Shown one piece after another: positions 32,179-42,802 of a DNA stretch of 64,000 nucleotides. The stretch lies in the IMG/VR virus record IMGVR_UViG_3300042875_000419. The stretch is one strand, 5' to 3'. Each line of letters opens with the position of its first letter. Position 1 is the stretch's first letter. A program made the position numbers and the translations under genes. The stretch is from a virus. Lineage: Duplodnaviria; Heunggongvirae; Uroviricota; Caudoviricetes. The notes beneath the pieces were generated by a model, which was given only the letters and a program-made list of their open reading frames with translations, did no database searches and was not told the DNA's origin.

Positions 32179-32823
32179 TTACAATTTTTTAAGAAAGGAT
32201 TCGAAAATATGTAAACTTACTTGTTCGATTTCTTTACGTGAAGCCTTACGAACTTGTTGTATTGCTTCTTGAAGATGAACTTCGGTCCACTTACCTTCTA
32301 CTAACATCCATTCTTTGCCTTCCATAATTCCCTGTACAAATGCACCAGGTGCAGAAGGGTCGGCTACAATATCTGCCGCTGTGGCAAGATAGAAATCGGG
32401 TTGCACAACGTTCACACCGTTGACCATCTTTAAAGAACCCATACCACGGGAAGACACACCTAATTGTGCGCCACCTTCGATAAGGCTTCTTGCGATGTTA
32501 CCCATAGGCGTATCAAGTATCTTTGCTTTACCAACCCACTGGTTACCGTCTTCACGGAGACCAGTAATCATGTGAGACACACGATCTAAATTGATTGTTG
32601 GAGAATCAGGATGTCCTAATTCACCAAAAGCACGATGCTTATTGATATAGTCTTCGGTGTATCTGTGAACTTCTTTACGTAGAGTGTTGAATTCGTAGAT
32701 ACGACCGTTTTTATTTTTCTTTTCGGCAACAAGGAACGGTCCTTCAATATGAAGAACTTTTTTACCATCAGCTTCTTCCGTGAGATAGCTGACTGTTTCG
32801 GTAATTTCTTTAATAAGTTTCAT
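32179..32823 (-). CDS. gp21: Prohead protease
   Basis: N.NGRIY, GELGHP, GVSSRGMGS, DIVADPSAP.AF. Confidence 0.97.
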   Translation of the reverse strand: MKLIKEITETVSYLTEEADGKKVLHIEGPFLVAEKKNKNGRIYEFNTLRKEVHRYTEDYINKHRAFGELGHPDSPTINLDRVSHMITGLREDGNQWVGKAKILDTPMGNIARSLIEGGAQLGVSSRGMGSLKMVNGVNVVQPDFYLATAADIVADPSAPGAFVQGIMEGKEWMLVEGKWTEVHLQEAIQQVRKASRKEIEQVSLHIFESFLKKL

Positions 32824-33230
32824 CTTACACCCATTGCCTTTCGTTTTCTTAACGATATTTTTCTTTTTCGTAAGATTTGGTTTTTCTTACTTCTAAGTTT
32901 AATTTTTGCCCTACGTGCCCCCATCTTACGATGACGCCGCTCTTGTGAAGACATTCTTACGACTTTGCCTCCACGTATTGTATATCCCGGTACAGATGAG
33001 AATTTTTTTCTTCTCTGTACTTTGCCAGCACGTATACGCACACGCACCAACTTTGTTCTGCCCATTTTTAGGATGTTTGCCTCATCCAAGCCTAATTTCT
33101 CGGCTTCTTCTACAACTATTCGTTGTTTAATTATTTCTAATTTTTCTTCGAATATTTCTTTAATTCTTTCGTCTATTAACTTTCTGGCTTCCGTTAGGTT
33201 ACCAGAAAGAAAACTATCAACAAGTGACAT
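32820..33230 (-). CDS. Basic prohead core protein (gp68-like)
   Basis: Lys/Arg-rich C-terminus; position before gp21. Confidence 0.65.
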   Translation of the reverse strand: MSLVDSFLSGNLTEARKLIDERIKEIFEEKLEIIKQRIVVEEAEKLGLDEANILKMGRTKLVRVRIRAGKVQRRKKFSSVPGYTIRGGKVVRMSSQERRHRKMGARRAKIKLRSKKNQILRKRKISLRKRKAMGVR

Positions 33231-33763
33231 TATGGTCTCAAACCGTAATTGCCGTAGTTGAATGCCGCAGGATCATTGAACTGACCACGCTGATAATATG
33301 CATTGTCTTTACGTAGTTCTAAAATAATTGTATAACTATCTCCGTTACCCATGTTTCTTGTTGTGATACCAATGTTACCGTTTGAACCGGCTGCACCCGC
33401 TGTTGGGTTTGGAATTGTAATCCAGTTGCCAGCACCATCATACTCACCATTGGCATTCAAATAGAATATAGTATTTGATGCAGTTGCAGACCAAAATAAT
33501 TCCACATCGGTATTAGAAGTACCTGGTGTGTCGTACCACATTCTGTTTACAGATAAACCGTAATATGGAAGTGTTGTGTTTGCAGAACCACCATGTACGT
33601 TTGCTACAAGAAAACCATTCGTTGCTAAAGCACCAGACAGTGAGTTAGCTGTAATTCTTGATGTGTTTGATTCTTGGCCTGTACCATCAAATCTAGCTGT
33701 CAATTTAATAACAACGTGTTGTGTATCATCTTTTAATACGTTAATTCCAAATACGTTTGCCAT
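33230..33763 (-). CDS. Hypothetical structural protein
   Basis: Beta-rich 177-aa ORF in the head module. Confidence 0.8.
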   Translation of the reverse strand: MANVFGINVLKDDTQHVVIKLTARFDGTGQESNTSRITANSLSGALATNGFLVANVHGGSANTTLPYYGLSVNRMWYDTPGTSNTDVELFWSATASNTIFYLNANGEYDGAGNWITIPNPTAGAAGSNGNIGITTRNMGNGDSYTIILELRKDNAYYQRGQFNDPAAFNYGNYGLRP

Positions 33764-33765
33764 TT

Positions 33766-34473
33766 TTATTCCTTAGAAAACTTTGCGATAGTTTGAAAAT
33801 GTTTTGCGGAGGCTTCCAACATATCCAGCATCTTCGCTTTATTAGCCTCATTAATTTTTTTGTGTAACTCCATCATCTGTTTTGCCATTTGAGGAGTTAT
33901 CTCTGATGTTGAACCATCCATGTGTTCTACTACAATGGATTTCTTGTCTTCATTTACCTGTTTAATCTTATCGAAAACAGTTTCTTCAGAAGTAGACCAT
34001 TGCATATCTTCATATGGAACAGTAACATACTTGTTAATTTTATCTACGTAATAGAGCGCAACCCGTTGACCATTTGGAAATTGGCGCACAGATTTTCTAC
34101 GCATTATTAAAACGGCAGGCGGATCCAATTCACGTGATAGAGAAGTTTTACCTTCCATAACTGGAGTAGAAGTTGCCATTAAAGCGGAATTGTTTTTTAA
34201 CTTAGAGAGAACCGGATCGTGTGCATTTATTTCATGGCCAGCCGCATGTAATCGTTGAACATCATTAAGTTTCTCCATAATTGGAGCAAGATATTCTGGA
34301 TGATGTGCGTGAAACATAATATGTGCCGCATAATCACCAAGGTCAACAGTACCACGTTTCTGGATATCTAAATGATGGTGCAATTCTGTCGGCGACAGTA
34401 CACCATCTCCATTTTCATCTGGAGAACCGTCTTCTTTAATTTCTCTCTGAAGAAAATCTTTTAGACTTTTCAT
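33766..34473 (-). CDS. Hypothetical head-region protein with EF-hand-like loop
   Basis: DENGDGVLSPTE near the N-terminus; PP..L...RK.IR..P.G..VALY core. Confidence 0.8.
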   Translation of the reverse strand: MKSLKDFLQREIKEDGSPDENGDGVLSPTELHHHLDIQKRGTVDLGDYAAHIMFHAHHPEYLAPIMEKLNDVQRLHAAGHEINAHDPVLSKLKNNSALMATSTPVMEGKTSLSRELDPPAVLIMRRKSVRQFPNGQRVALYYVDKINKYVTVPYEDMQWSTSEETVFDKIKQVNEDKKSIVVEHMDGSTSEITPQMAKQMMELHKKINEANKAKMLDMLEASAKHFQTIAKFSKE

Positions 34474-34661
34474 TATTCCGTTTCTGTTTCAGGTTGATGT
34501 TGTGCAATTAAATTTTGTGCAATAACTTGTTTTCTTTGCTCGATAGCGGCAAAGATTTTATCATTGATTTCATTGTACAATGCGTCCCGCATTTGCGTTG
34601 CGTTATCTGTAAATGCATTGTCAACTACCGTTCTAAGATTATCATTCATATTATTCTCCAT
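34473..34661 (-). CDS. Small prohead core protein (gp67-like)
   Basis: Short acidic helix directly after the portal gene. Confidence 0.65.
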   Translation of the reverse strand: MENNMNDNLRTVVDNAFTDNATQMRDALYNEINDKIFAAIEQRKQVIAQNLIAQHQPETETE

Positions 34662-34672
34662 TAAACATCAAA

Positions 34673-34680
34673 TATTTATA
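34673..34680 (-). promoter_or_regulatory. T4 late promoter
   Basis: TATAAATA at the portal 3' end. Confidence 0.75.
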
Positions 34681-36370
34681 ACACTCTTTGAAGCATACGC
34701 ATCGTTGGAGTGTAATCATTGTTTAGGCTCAAATCACCTTTGGGTGATTGTGCATTATCTTGTGGCGCTGGATTTGAAGCAGGTGCTGGTGCACCGCCTC
34801 CAGTGACACCACCTGCGCCTCCAGCGCCATCAGGATTCATCAACTCTTGTTGACCTTGCTGTGCGATTTGCATTGGATCCATAATCAATCCAGCTTTCTT
34901 TTCTGCATCGATTTGGTCTTGCATCAATTTAATGTCTTCGTCTGTTAGTCTCAGTACATTACGTTGAATCCATTCCATAGAATAGTATCTACCAACATAT
35001 GGATCAACTGAGCCAAGAAGTGATAGACGTTCACGCACCAATTCTGCTTCTTTAAGTTCGGCAAAATTATTATCTTTTATGAAGTCATAATAAATGTTTT
35101 CTTTGAACTCATCAAATTCTTCTGCTGTACAAATACCTTTAAGTACACACTGAACTCTGAGTGCTTGGTCAAAAATTTCAGAAAACTTTTGACGTTGACG
35201 ATCTACAAACTTGCCAAACTTAACTTCATCACGTGATATTTCACCAACACGACCTAGTGAAAATCCAGATTGGTTTGGATCCAAACGTGAAACTGGAACG
35301 TTCAGTGACTTGTATAGTTTCTTTTCGAAATACTTTACATCTTCCAATTCACCAAGATTTTGACCGCCTGGTAGTGTTGTGATTTCAGTACCTTTGCCTC
35401 CTTCACGGCGAGGTAGCCAGAAGTCTTCCATCATTGATAGGTGTTTACGGTCATCACGTATTTCACCAGTCTGTGCATCATACACCAACTTGTTTTTATA
35501 CTTGACCATGATATCACGTAGATATTGTTCTGCTTTTAATTTAGGTAAATTACCTACGTCAATATAAAAAATTCTACGTTCAGGCGCACGTGAAATACGG
35601 TAGATAACCGTTGCATCTTCAATCATTCGCAACTGGTTTAATGGTTTAATGGCTTTATGTAAGTACGATAACACAACAGCACGGCGAGAATCCATTAAAC
35701 CAGAATTAACGTTGATAATTGCGTCTTTAGCAATACGAACACCAACTGGACCGTAACTAGAAGAAGAACCTGATGTTACTTTATCGTTATAGATGTAGTA
35801 TTCGTTAACTGTTTGTACTACGTCAACTGATGTTCCTGTGTCTTTATCTTTTTTAATCTCACGTACTTTACGAATTTTGCGTGGATCAATATAACGGAGT
35901 GCTTTGATACCTTGCGTTGGATTTTTTTCATCTAGAATAATATGATAAAATAATCGGCCGTCAACATAGAATCTACGGAAAGTATCTGTAGCCATGTTTT
36001 GATAATTTAACAATCGTAGAACAATACTAAATTCTTCTTCAATCGCCCTTTTAATTTTTTCAGGTTGTTTCAAATCGTCCATAACAATACGAATTGATTT
36101 TCCATTATCGTTTTGAACGATTGCTTCGTTGATAATATCATCGATAGCTGATTCAATTTCTGGTTGCATTGCCATCTCACGATAACGAGAAATCAACTCA
36201 ACTTCATTTTTGGCAGTACCATCCAAATCAACATATGTGCCATAATAGGCGGCAGAAGAAATCGTCAAAGCACCGTCTTCATTAGAAGGCGGCGCAAAGG
36301 TTTTCTCCGACTGTTGATCAACATCAGTCTTTTGCCTGGAGATTTGGAAACCGAAAAGATTTAGTGCCAT
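34676..36370 (-). CDS. gp20: Portal protein
   Basis: YREMA..PE...A...I.NEA, SYLHKAIKP.NQLRMIEDA.VIYRISRAPERRIFYID, EDFWLPRREGGKGTEI. Confidence 0.99.
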   Translation of the reverse strand: MALNLFGFQISRQKTDVDQQSEKTFAPPSNEDGALTISSAAYYGTYVDLDGTAKNEVELISRYREMAMQPEIESAIDDIINEAIVQNDNGKSIRIVMDDLKQPEKIKRAIEEEFSIVLRLLNYQNMATDTFRRFYVDGRLFYHIILDEKNPTQGIKALRYIDPRKIRKVREIKKDKDTGTSVDVVQTVNEYYIYNDKVTSGSSSSYGPVGVRIAKDAIINVNSGLMDSRRAVVLSYLHKAIKPLNQLRMIEDATVIYRISRAPERRIFYIDVGNLPKLKAEQYLRDIMVKYKNKLVYDAQTGEIRDDRKHLSMMEDFWLPRREGGKGTEITTLPGGQNLGELEDVKYFEKKLYKSLNVPVSRLDPNQSGFSLGRVGEISRDEVKFGKFVDRQRQKFSEIFDQALRVQCVLKGICTAEEFDEFKENIYYDFIKDNNFAELKEAELVRERLSLLGSVDPYVGRYYSMEWIQRNVLRLTDEDIKLMQDQIDAEKKAGLIMDPMQIAQQGQQELMNPDGAGGAGGVTGGGAPAPASNPAPQDNAQSPKGDLSLNNDYTPTMRMLQRVL

Positions 36371-36427
36371 ATTAGTTTAGTTCCAATTCAAATAAACATG
36401 AGGGGGAAATTAATCCCCCGTATATAA

Positions 36428-36970
36428 TTAAGATGTAGTGTCCGATTCCCACCACTGATATGCTAGGGTTGCTGAAAATTCTTCGATAGTATCGTTAGAA
36501 CCCCAATCCAAATCAATAGGTGATAAATCAACAGGGAAAGCACCAACAAACTTATAAGATTTTATTACATTGCCTGCTTTGTCAAATTGATCTACTTTAG
36601 CATCAACTGAATAACCAATAGGTGAAGTTGCTGCTGCATTACGCAAGTTTCCACCGTGTGAATTGATGCCATTCATCCATGATTCGAATCCTTTACGAAC
36701 CTTGAAGTTTTCATCATTGATAATAGTAACTGTCCAGTCAGCAAAGTTTCTGTTTCCAACAAACTTCAACTCACGACCAAAGTAATAAAGTGGAACAGTA
36801 CCAACAGTTGAACCTGGCAATTGTGCAGTCTTGCAAAGGAATGTTAGTGCTTGTCCAGAATTTACTGGGTCGTTAGCGAATGTTGGGAAAGTCATTGTGA
36901 CTTGGAACAGGTTAGGGCGGGCACCATCTCCGATGAGATTTGCACGAAACTCTGTTACGTTGAAAGCCAT
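36428..36970 (-). CDS. gp19: Tail tube protein
   Basis: GARPNLF.V, A.LPGS, GR.LK..G.R.F..W.VTI.NDE.F, F.....YQWW. Confidence 0.97.
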   Translation of the reverse strand: MAFNVTEFRANLIGDGARPNLFQVTMTFPTFANDPVNSGQALTFLCKTAQLPGSTVGTVPLYYFGRELKFVGNRNFADWTVTIINDENFKVRKGFESWMNGINSHGGNLRNAAATSPIGYSVDAKVDQFDKAGNVIKSYKFVGAFPVDLSPIDLDWGSNDTIEEFSATLAYQWWESDTTS

Positions 36971-36996
36971 TTGTTTCTCCTATTTCTTATTATTTA

Positions 36997-38757
36997 TTAA
37001 ACGCCACCAACAATTTCGCTGAATTGTACACCAGAGCGAACTGCAATGAAATTCAACTGAATGTAGTTGATAGAACGCGCAGGCTTGATGTAAATGTCAC
37101 CAATGAATTTGTTGCCATCAATAACTTCTGGAGTATTATTTGTGGTATCACAAACAACACGATAGTCATAAATGCCACGGCGACCTTTAACGTCACGTAA
37201 GAATGGCTCAACTAAAGCAATAAATTGGGCACGAGTAAACTCATCATTCAATTCAAATAGAGAAAACTTAGATGCTGATGCAATTGCTTTTTCCAGAACA
37301 ATAAACAATCTACGAACATTAATACGGCTGAATGCAGATGGTTGTGTTATCAAAGTCTTGTCACCGTACAAAATGGTTCCTTGACCTGGGAAGGAAACAA
37401 CAGGGTTTACACCAATAGAATAAATGGCATCACGTTGTGCTTGTGTTGGATTCCATGCAAGTTTTACTACGTTTTTAATTGCACCACGACTTACGCCTGC
37501 TGGAGAGAACCAAGGATCACGTGTTTGGTCTGTACGAACACATAGTCCAGCAATATCACCGTTTAGTGGAATCCAACGGTACACGTTGTTATACTTGTCG
37601 AATTGGTATTTCCAACCACAGTCTGCGACTGCATATGTTGATGCACGGCTCAATGTTGTAATCCAAGTGGTAACAGAAGTTTCAGGAGTTGCGCCGCCAA
37701 CAATACCAGATTGTGGTGGAGACAAGAACGTTATACAATCTTTACGTGCGGCAGCAATAGAATCGATTGTATATTGTTGCACAGTTTCAATGGCTGTATT
37801 AGGACTGATGGTGTTTGAAGACACACCTGCGTCACCAGTAATTATTAATGAAATATCAACTACATCTGGATTGGTAAACTCACTGTAACCTCTTGTATAA
37901 TCTGCTGTTGTCAAAGGTAAGTTTGTACCGTTTGCAAGTGAAACTGTTGAACCGGTGTTAGCCGCTGCCATGAAGCAACCAGAGAATTGCGTGTTTGCTG
38001 TTTGCCCCCACGTAGCAGAAGTGTTTGCAGGATCTACTGGACCTAATGCGTAAATATATTTTGATTGTTCACGCAACACTGTTCTGTAGTATGAAGTTGA
38101 ACCATCATCGCCTGTCGCATTAGATGCTTTTGATAGGTATGGAAACACTTCAAGAACGGCGCCTTTAGCGCCTTGACTAAACAAACCATCTTCGTCTATA
38201 ACAACTAAGTGAAATTGGTCGTTTGCACCACCAGAAGAAGCAACAAATGACGAAGTATTTGGAGCCGCAGGGAAATATGATTTGTAAGTCCAAGAGGTGA
38301 ATGTATTACCGCTGAGGGTGTTAGCATTTGCTGTGTTAGAATCCCAAACAGAAACTTTTAATGAGTTTCCTAATGCGCCTGGGTAACGAGCAACAAATGT
38401 TTGTCCTAATGTGTCAACAACATATGTAGTATCATATACATCAACATTGTTAATTGTCAAAAGATTGTTCGTATTTGAAGAAGCATTTCTAGAATTGCTG
38501 TTGGCTGCACGAACAACTTGTAGATTGTTTCCATAAGCTAAGAAGTTAGCCGCTGAAAAGAATGAAGTTGCAGTGTTGCCGTCTGGATTCCCAAACTTGT
38601 TAACTAAATCTGTTTCGTGTGATACGAGTGTTCTTCGTCCTACTGGTCCCCATTGAAATGGTCCAGCGAATGCACCGGCTGTAGTAGATACCGCAGGAAC
38701 AACTGTTGTTAAGTCGATCTCGGATACATTTACGCCTGGAGAAATTTGAAACGCCAT
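36997..38757 (-). CDS. gp18: Tail sheath protein
   Basis: SPGV...E.D, F.WGP, WFSPAG..RG, RINVRRLF, LFE.ND.FTR, IYIKPARSIN.I. Confidence 0.98.
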   Translation of the reverse strand: MAFQISPGVNVSEIDLTTVVPAVSTTAGAFAGPFQWGPVGRRTLVSHETDLVNKFGNPDGNTATSFFSAANFLAYGNNLQVVRAANSNSRNASSNTNNLLTINNVDVYDTTYVVDTLGQTFVARYPGALGNSLKVSVWDSNTANANTLSGNTFTSWTYKSYFPAAPNTSSFVASSGGANDQFHLVVIDEDGLFSQGAKGAVLEVFPYLSKASNATGDDGSTSYYRTVLREQSKYIYALGPVDPANTSATWGQTANTQFSGCFMAAANTGSTVSLANGTNLPLTTADYTRGYSEFTNPDVVDISLIITGDAGVSSNTISPNTAIETVQQYTIDSIAAARKDCITFLSPPQSGIVGGATPETSVTTWITTLSRASTYAVADCGWKYQFDKYNNVYRWIPLNGDIAGLCVRTDQTRDPWFSPAGVSRGAIKNVVKLAWNPTQAQRDAIYSIGVNPVVSFPGQGTILYGDKTLITQPSAFSRINVRRLFIVLEKAIASASKFSLFELNDEFTRAQFIALVEPFLRDVKGRRGIYDYRVVCDTTNNTPEVIDGNKFIGDIYIKPARSINYIQLNFIAVRSGVQFSEIVGGV

Positions 38758-38831
38758 TTTACTCTCCTTGTTTTATAATGTTATTTGGCAGTAATAACCT
38801 ATAATATATTTATGAATTGATGGTTTTATAG

Positions 38832-40502
38832 TTAGTACATAAAAAAGTTAGAAGGAGAATTCGAATCTTCTTCTTTTTTAAGCCAAACGTCACCACTCTC
38901 TACGATGTAATTTTTATCAGTACCATCATCAAAGATACCAAAAGATGGCATTTCTTCGTCTGATTGATTCAACATTTCTAACTGCATCTGCTTTCTCAAA
39001 TCATGGTTGACAATTTCTTTAAAATACTGGTTGGTTGTCATCCATGCAAACATAACCAAAGTCATCACAATGTCATCATTTGCACCTTCTTCAGCTTTGA
39101 AACTGTTGTGATTTGACACAAAAGTTGTTAATTCTGAGATGGTATCAAAGTCATTAATAATTAACTTGTCATTTTCTATTAAAGTTTTCAGGTTGGAACA
39201 TCCAATCCTTTTAACTTGTGGTGACATTTTTAGACCAAGCTGAATGCCACGACCAAAACCTGTACCCATTGCCTGCGCTTTTTTGTTTCCAGTCTCAATC
39301 TTAACCACGTTTTCATACTCAAGGTCTTGGTGGAGAGTGTCGGCAATTTGAGGTGTATTATTTATTTCTATTAGAACGTATGCATCATTGAACAGTTTCG
39401 CTGTATTGTAGATGACAGTTGGGAATAGAACTGGTGAAATGGATGATGAGTTGTATTTGGCGACCTGACGATATGGTATCGATGAAACGTCAAATACCGA
39501 GAATGCAGAACCGTCAAGGTTTCTACCTTCCGCTGGATCAACTGTGATAGCATAGATATGGTCAGCAGAACGTTCTTCATCACCTTTAATTGGATATTCA
39601 TAAATGTGCAACATCTCATGTTTGGCAATTGGCTCTTGATACACCAACTGAGCCAGTTTTGATCCTGAGATAAGCGTATTTGTGGAACCCAAGAATTCAC
39701 ATTCAAACTCCTGACGAAACTGTTCTTCGGACGTGTTCTCAATTGTTTCTTCTTTCCACTTTTCATCTCGACCTGGAACCATAGACCAGTGAATTTGAAA
39801 CGTTTTGTAACCGTTCTTCTTACCAATAGCGTCCATCCACAATTTGTAGAATAAATTCATACCATTAGGTGTTGACACAATGATAATTTTTGTGGTCTTA
39901 CCAGATGATATAACAGGGTAAACAGAGTTAAAAAACTCATTGGCAATGTTAGCCGGAACGAATGCAAATTCGTCCAAGAATACAATGTTGAATGCTCCAC
40001 CACGAACTGCTGAACTTGATGTGGATGCCGCAATAATTTTTGACCCGTTTTCAAGTTCTACATTACCCTTGTTCCATGTCACCACACCCTGTTGGAGCCA
40101 CATAGGAAGGTTTTCGTATGCTAGTTGATACTTTGCTAGAATGTCACGGGCTAGTGAGCCTTTGTTAGCAAGAACGGCAATGTTTTGTGAGTCTTGGAAA
40201 AGTGTTACCCAAAGAAGATATGCAACTGATGTGGTTGTTTTACCGACCTGACGAGGACATTTTGTAATTGAAAAACGATTTTCATGGTATGTGCGAATCA
40301 TTTCTTTTTGAAATTCCCACATACGAAACGGAATGAGACCTAGATCAACGTTGACAATCTTGATATATTTCATTGCAAAATACACAGGATCTTTGGCACA
40401 CATTATGTACTCATCAACTTCTTCCTGTGTATATGCGTGTTCAACTCCGGCTCTTTTTAGTAACGGATTGTCACGGTAAGAATCTTTATTATTAATCGGC
40501 AT
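38832..40502 (-). CDS. gp17: Terminase large subunit
   Basis: PRQVGKTT, LDEFAF, STPNG.N.FY, F.QEF.C.F, DD.VM. Confidence 0.99.
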   Translation of the reverse strand: MPINNKDSYRDNPLLKRAGVEHAYTQEEVDEYIMCAKDPVYFAMKYIKIVNVDLGLIPFRMWEFQKEMIRTYHENRFSITKCPRQVGKTTTSVAYLLWVTLFQDSQNIAVLANKGSLARDILAKYQLAYENLPMWLQQGVVTWNKGNVELENGSKIIAASTSSSAVRGGAFNIVFLDEFAFVPANIANEFFNSVYPVISSGKTTKIIIVSTPNGMNLFYKLWMDAIGKKNGYKTFQIHWSMVPGRDEKWKEETIENTSEEQFRQEFECEFLGSTNTLISGSKLAQLVYQEPIAKHEMLHIYEYPIKGDEERSADHIYAITVDPAEGRNLDGSAFSVFDVSSIPYRQVAKYNSSSISPVLFPTVIYNTAKLFNDAYVLIEINNTPQIADTLHQDLEYENVVKIETGNKKAQAMGTGFGRGIQLGLKMSPQVKRIGCSNLKTLIENDKLIINDFDTISELTTFVSNHNSFKAEEGANDDIVMTLVMFAWMTTNQYFKEIVNHDLRKQMQLEMLNQSDEEMPSFGIFDDGTDKNYIVESGDVWLKKEEDSNSPSNFFMY

Positions 40503-40914
40503 TCTTTGCTTTTAACAATTTTGAAAGTTCTGAAGTTGAGCCTACAAAAATGGCCTTGTCTACATTAAAACCAGAATCATTCTTCTTAATGTTCTTTAGT
40601 TCTCTAATGGTCTTCTGCATCGCCATTAATTTTTCATTTGCTTCTGCTGTATTCTTAATGAGAGTAGCAACAACTTCAAATGCACGTGGGTGTTCTGTCT
40701 CTGATGCAATAGCAAGGAGATGGTCGATTGCTTGATTACCTTTTACAACCAACTCTTTAAGTGTTTGTCTCGATTCTTGATAATCATCATCGAGGTCACC
40801 ATCAAGGTTTTTGGTAACTTGTGATTCTATTTTTGCGGGTAAGTGTTCGGTTTTTTCGATGGTCTTTGGTACCACATCAAATATTTCACTCATACTGTTT
40901 TCAAATTTGGACAT
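40492..40914 (-). CDS. gp16: Terminase small subunit
   Basis: DY...R, HPRAFEV, AIFVGSTSEL. Confidence 0.93.
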   Translation of the reverse strand: MSKFENSMSEIFDVVPKTIEKTEHLPAKIESQVTKNLDGDLDDDYQESRQTLKELVVKGNQAIDHLLAIASETEHPRAFEVVATLIKNTAEANEKLMAMQKTIRELKNIKKNDSGFNVDKAIFVGSTSELSKLLKAKNAD

Positions 40915-40931
40915 TTTTTGGTGTATTGTAC

Positions 40932-41930
40932 TTAAACAATATTGGGGAATTCTGTTATTTGTGTGGTATATGTATAGTTGTTAGGCATTACAACATTAAG
41001 TGGATTAGGTTTTATCTCCACTCTAACCGTATTAATTGGTGTGGCCACAAAAGATGATGGTACCCAAGTTGTGTTTGTTGTATAACCTTTGACACCGGTG
41101 CCAGTTACAAAGTGACCGTTCAAATCTGTTAATTCTAGTTTACGTGTGGTGCTATACCAAGAACGTACTTTTGCTGTTGCAGTTGCAGTTTCATAAGAGT
41201 AACCTTGGTATACAATTTCATCAAGTTGATAATTACCAAGCCCACCAGAAGACATTGTGGCCGTTACTGTATTGTATTTTAATTTGTTATCATCAAGTAT
41301 GTTTGTGATTGCTGTTCTGACTATTTTAGGTTCTCTAATTGCACCGTACAGGTAACCTTTTACAGTGAACGTTAGTGTCCAGATAACATTTCGAACTTTT
41401 GAATTATAATCACCCTCATAATCAACTTCATTTGTAACACCTTTTAGTATAATAGGTAATTGTTTAACAATACCCATCTCTGGAACTAAATTAACACTTA
41501 CAGTATAATCTGGTGTAAAGTATGGAAGAATCTTTTCCATAAGTTGCGCGCCATCTTCGATGTTTCGTACATATGCAAAGAGTGAGAATTCAAAATCAAA
41601 TGGAACTGGATTATAAACCGCCAGTGTAGATCCAGATTGACCAGAGTGTGCTGTTGTCTTCATGTTGGTGTTTAACTTACGAGAAGGATCATAAGTCATA
41701 TTTGTCATTTCAAACGACATAATAGGTAACGTGATCTGTACTTTTTTGTCCAACTCTGGATCGCCGTCTAAACGTGAAACATATTTCTCTTTTCCACCAT
41801 ACACAATTGGAACAAGAAAATTCTCCTGCTCTACTCCGTTATCATCATACCTTGATAATTTAATTTCATTGAAAAGATTACCAAAAGCGATAACAACTTT
41901 TCTAATTGTTCTATGATATGCGTAACTCAT
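40932..41930 (-). CDS. gp15: Tail sheath stabiliser/neck protein
   Basis: YH..IRK....FG..FN, VP..YG.KEK, LP.MSFE, EQ/KILPYF.P. Confidence 0.95.
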   Translation of the reverse strand: MSYAYHRTIRKVVIAFGNLFNEIKLSRYDDNGVEQENFLVPIVYGGKEKYVSRLDGDPELDKKVQITLPIMSFEMTNMTYDPSRKLNTNMKTTAHSGQSGSTLAVYNPVPFDFEFSLFAYVRNIEDGAQLMEKILPYFTPDYTVSVNLVPEMGIVKQLPIILKGVTNEVDYEGDYNSKVRNVIWTLTFTVKGYLYGAIREPKIVRTAITNILDDNKLKYNTVTATMSSGGLGNYQLDEIVYQGYSYETATATAKVRSWYSTTRKLELTDLNGHFVTGTGVKGYTTNTTWVPSSFVATPINTVRVEIKPNPLNVVMPNNYTYTTQITEFPNIV

Positions 41931-42802
41931 GTTGGTGTACCGAATGGATTAATTTCAGATAAGTCAACAAAGTCTGTTGCCTCTGTTTGTATGAGTTTAT
42001 TATCATACATTTCACGTGATTGTGGGTCTAAGAGAGTGTCTGGTGTTGATGAGATAGTAAATGTTGCATTACTATTTGCACCTTGCATTATTGAGTTATT
42101 TGCAAAAGTTCCAAGTGTGTCGGTGATTTTCAACACACCGTCTGGTCTATTCCAGTATACAACTGTTCCAACATTGTTTGCTGAATTATTTGCACGCACT
42201 CTTTCACCAACAATGAAGTTATTTGAGTTTACATTTGCTGACACGTTCAATGTTATATTATAAGCATCTAGATTAACAACATCATCAATATCTGAAATAC
42301 CAACATCGATTGTTTCTTGTGAATATTTGAACTTCTCTAGCTCTAGCTTGTAGAAATATGGGTATTTGTTACCCATAATGTAGAATGCTTCTGTATAATT
42401 TACATACTTGATTTCATACATCTCACCTGTTTGTGAGAAAAACGGTATATAAATCAAATCACCTTCTCTTGGTCTGCTATATGTCTGCGGTACCCAACGT
42501 GCAAAAGTACGTTTAGATACAATCACAGACATGTTATTACGAATTTCTAGACCAAATTTAGAGAAAAACTCCCGTTCACCTTCATAGCCATCTACGTTTG
42601 TAATGTATAGATCAAGTGGATAGGCCGATGTGAATCGTTTCAGTGGGTCTTCACCATACAATAAATCTCTGGCAACATCGTTATCATTCGTCATGTAATA
42701 ACAATCCACACCATTAATTTTAATGGTTTCAATCATCAAATCTTCGATGAGCCTTTGCTCCGGATTTGAATTATAGTTATTGAAATACGAATTAGTAGGC
42801 AT
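41927..42802 (-). CDS. gp14: Neck protein
   Basis: EQ.LIEDL..E.I...G, FSKFGLEI, P.EGDLIY.P, NPFG. Confidence 0.95.
   Translation of the reverse strand: MPTNSYFNNYNSNPEQRLIEDLMIETIKINGVDCYYMTNDNDVARDLLYGEDPLKRFTSAYPLDLYITNVDGYEGEREFFSKFGLEIRNNMSVIVSKRTFARWVPQTYSRPREGDLIYIPFFSQTGEMYEIKYVNYTEAFYIMGNKYPYFYKLELEKFKYSQETIDVGISDIDDVVNLDAYNITLNVSANVNSNNFIVGERVRANNSANNVGTVVYWNRPDGVLKITDTLGTFANNSIMQGANSNATFTISSTPDTLLDPQSREMYDNKLIQTEATDFVDLSEINPFGTPT

Noticed and set aside
26549-40502. Introns or inteins in uvsW, gp23, gp20 or gp17
   Set aside because: All are continuous ORFs of ordinary length with no intein-like insertions visible
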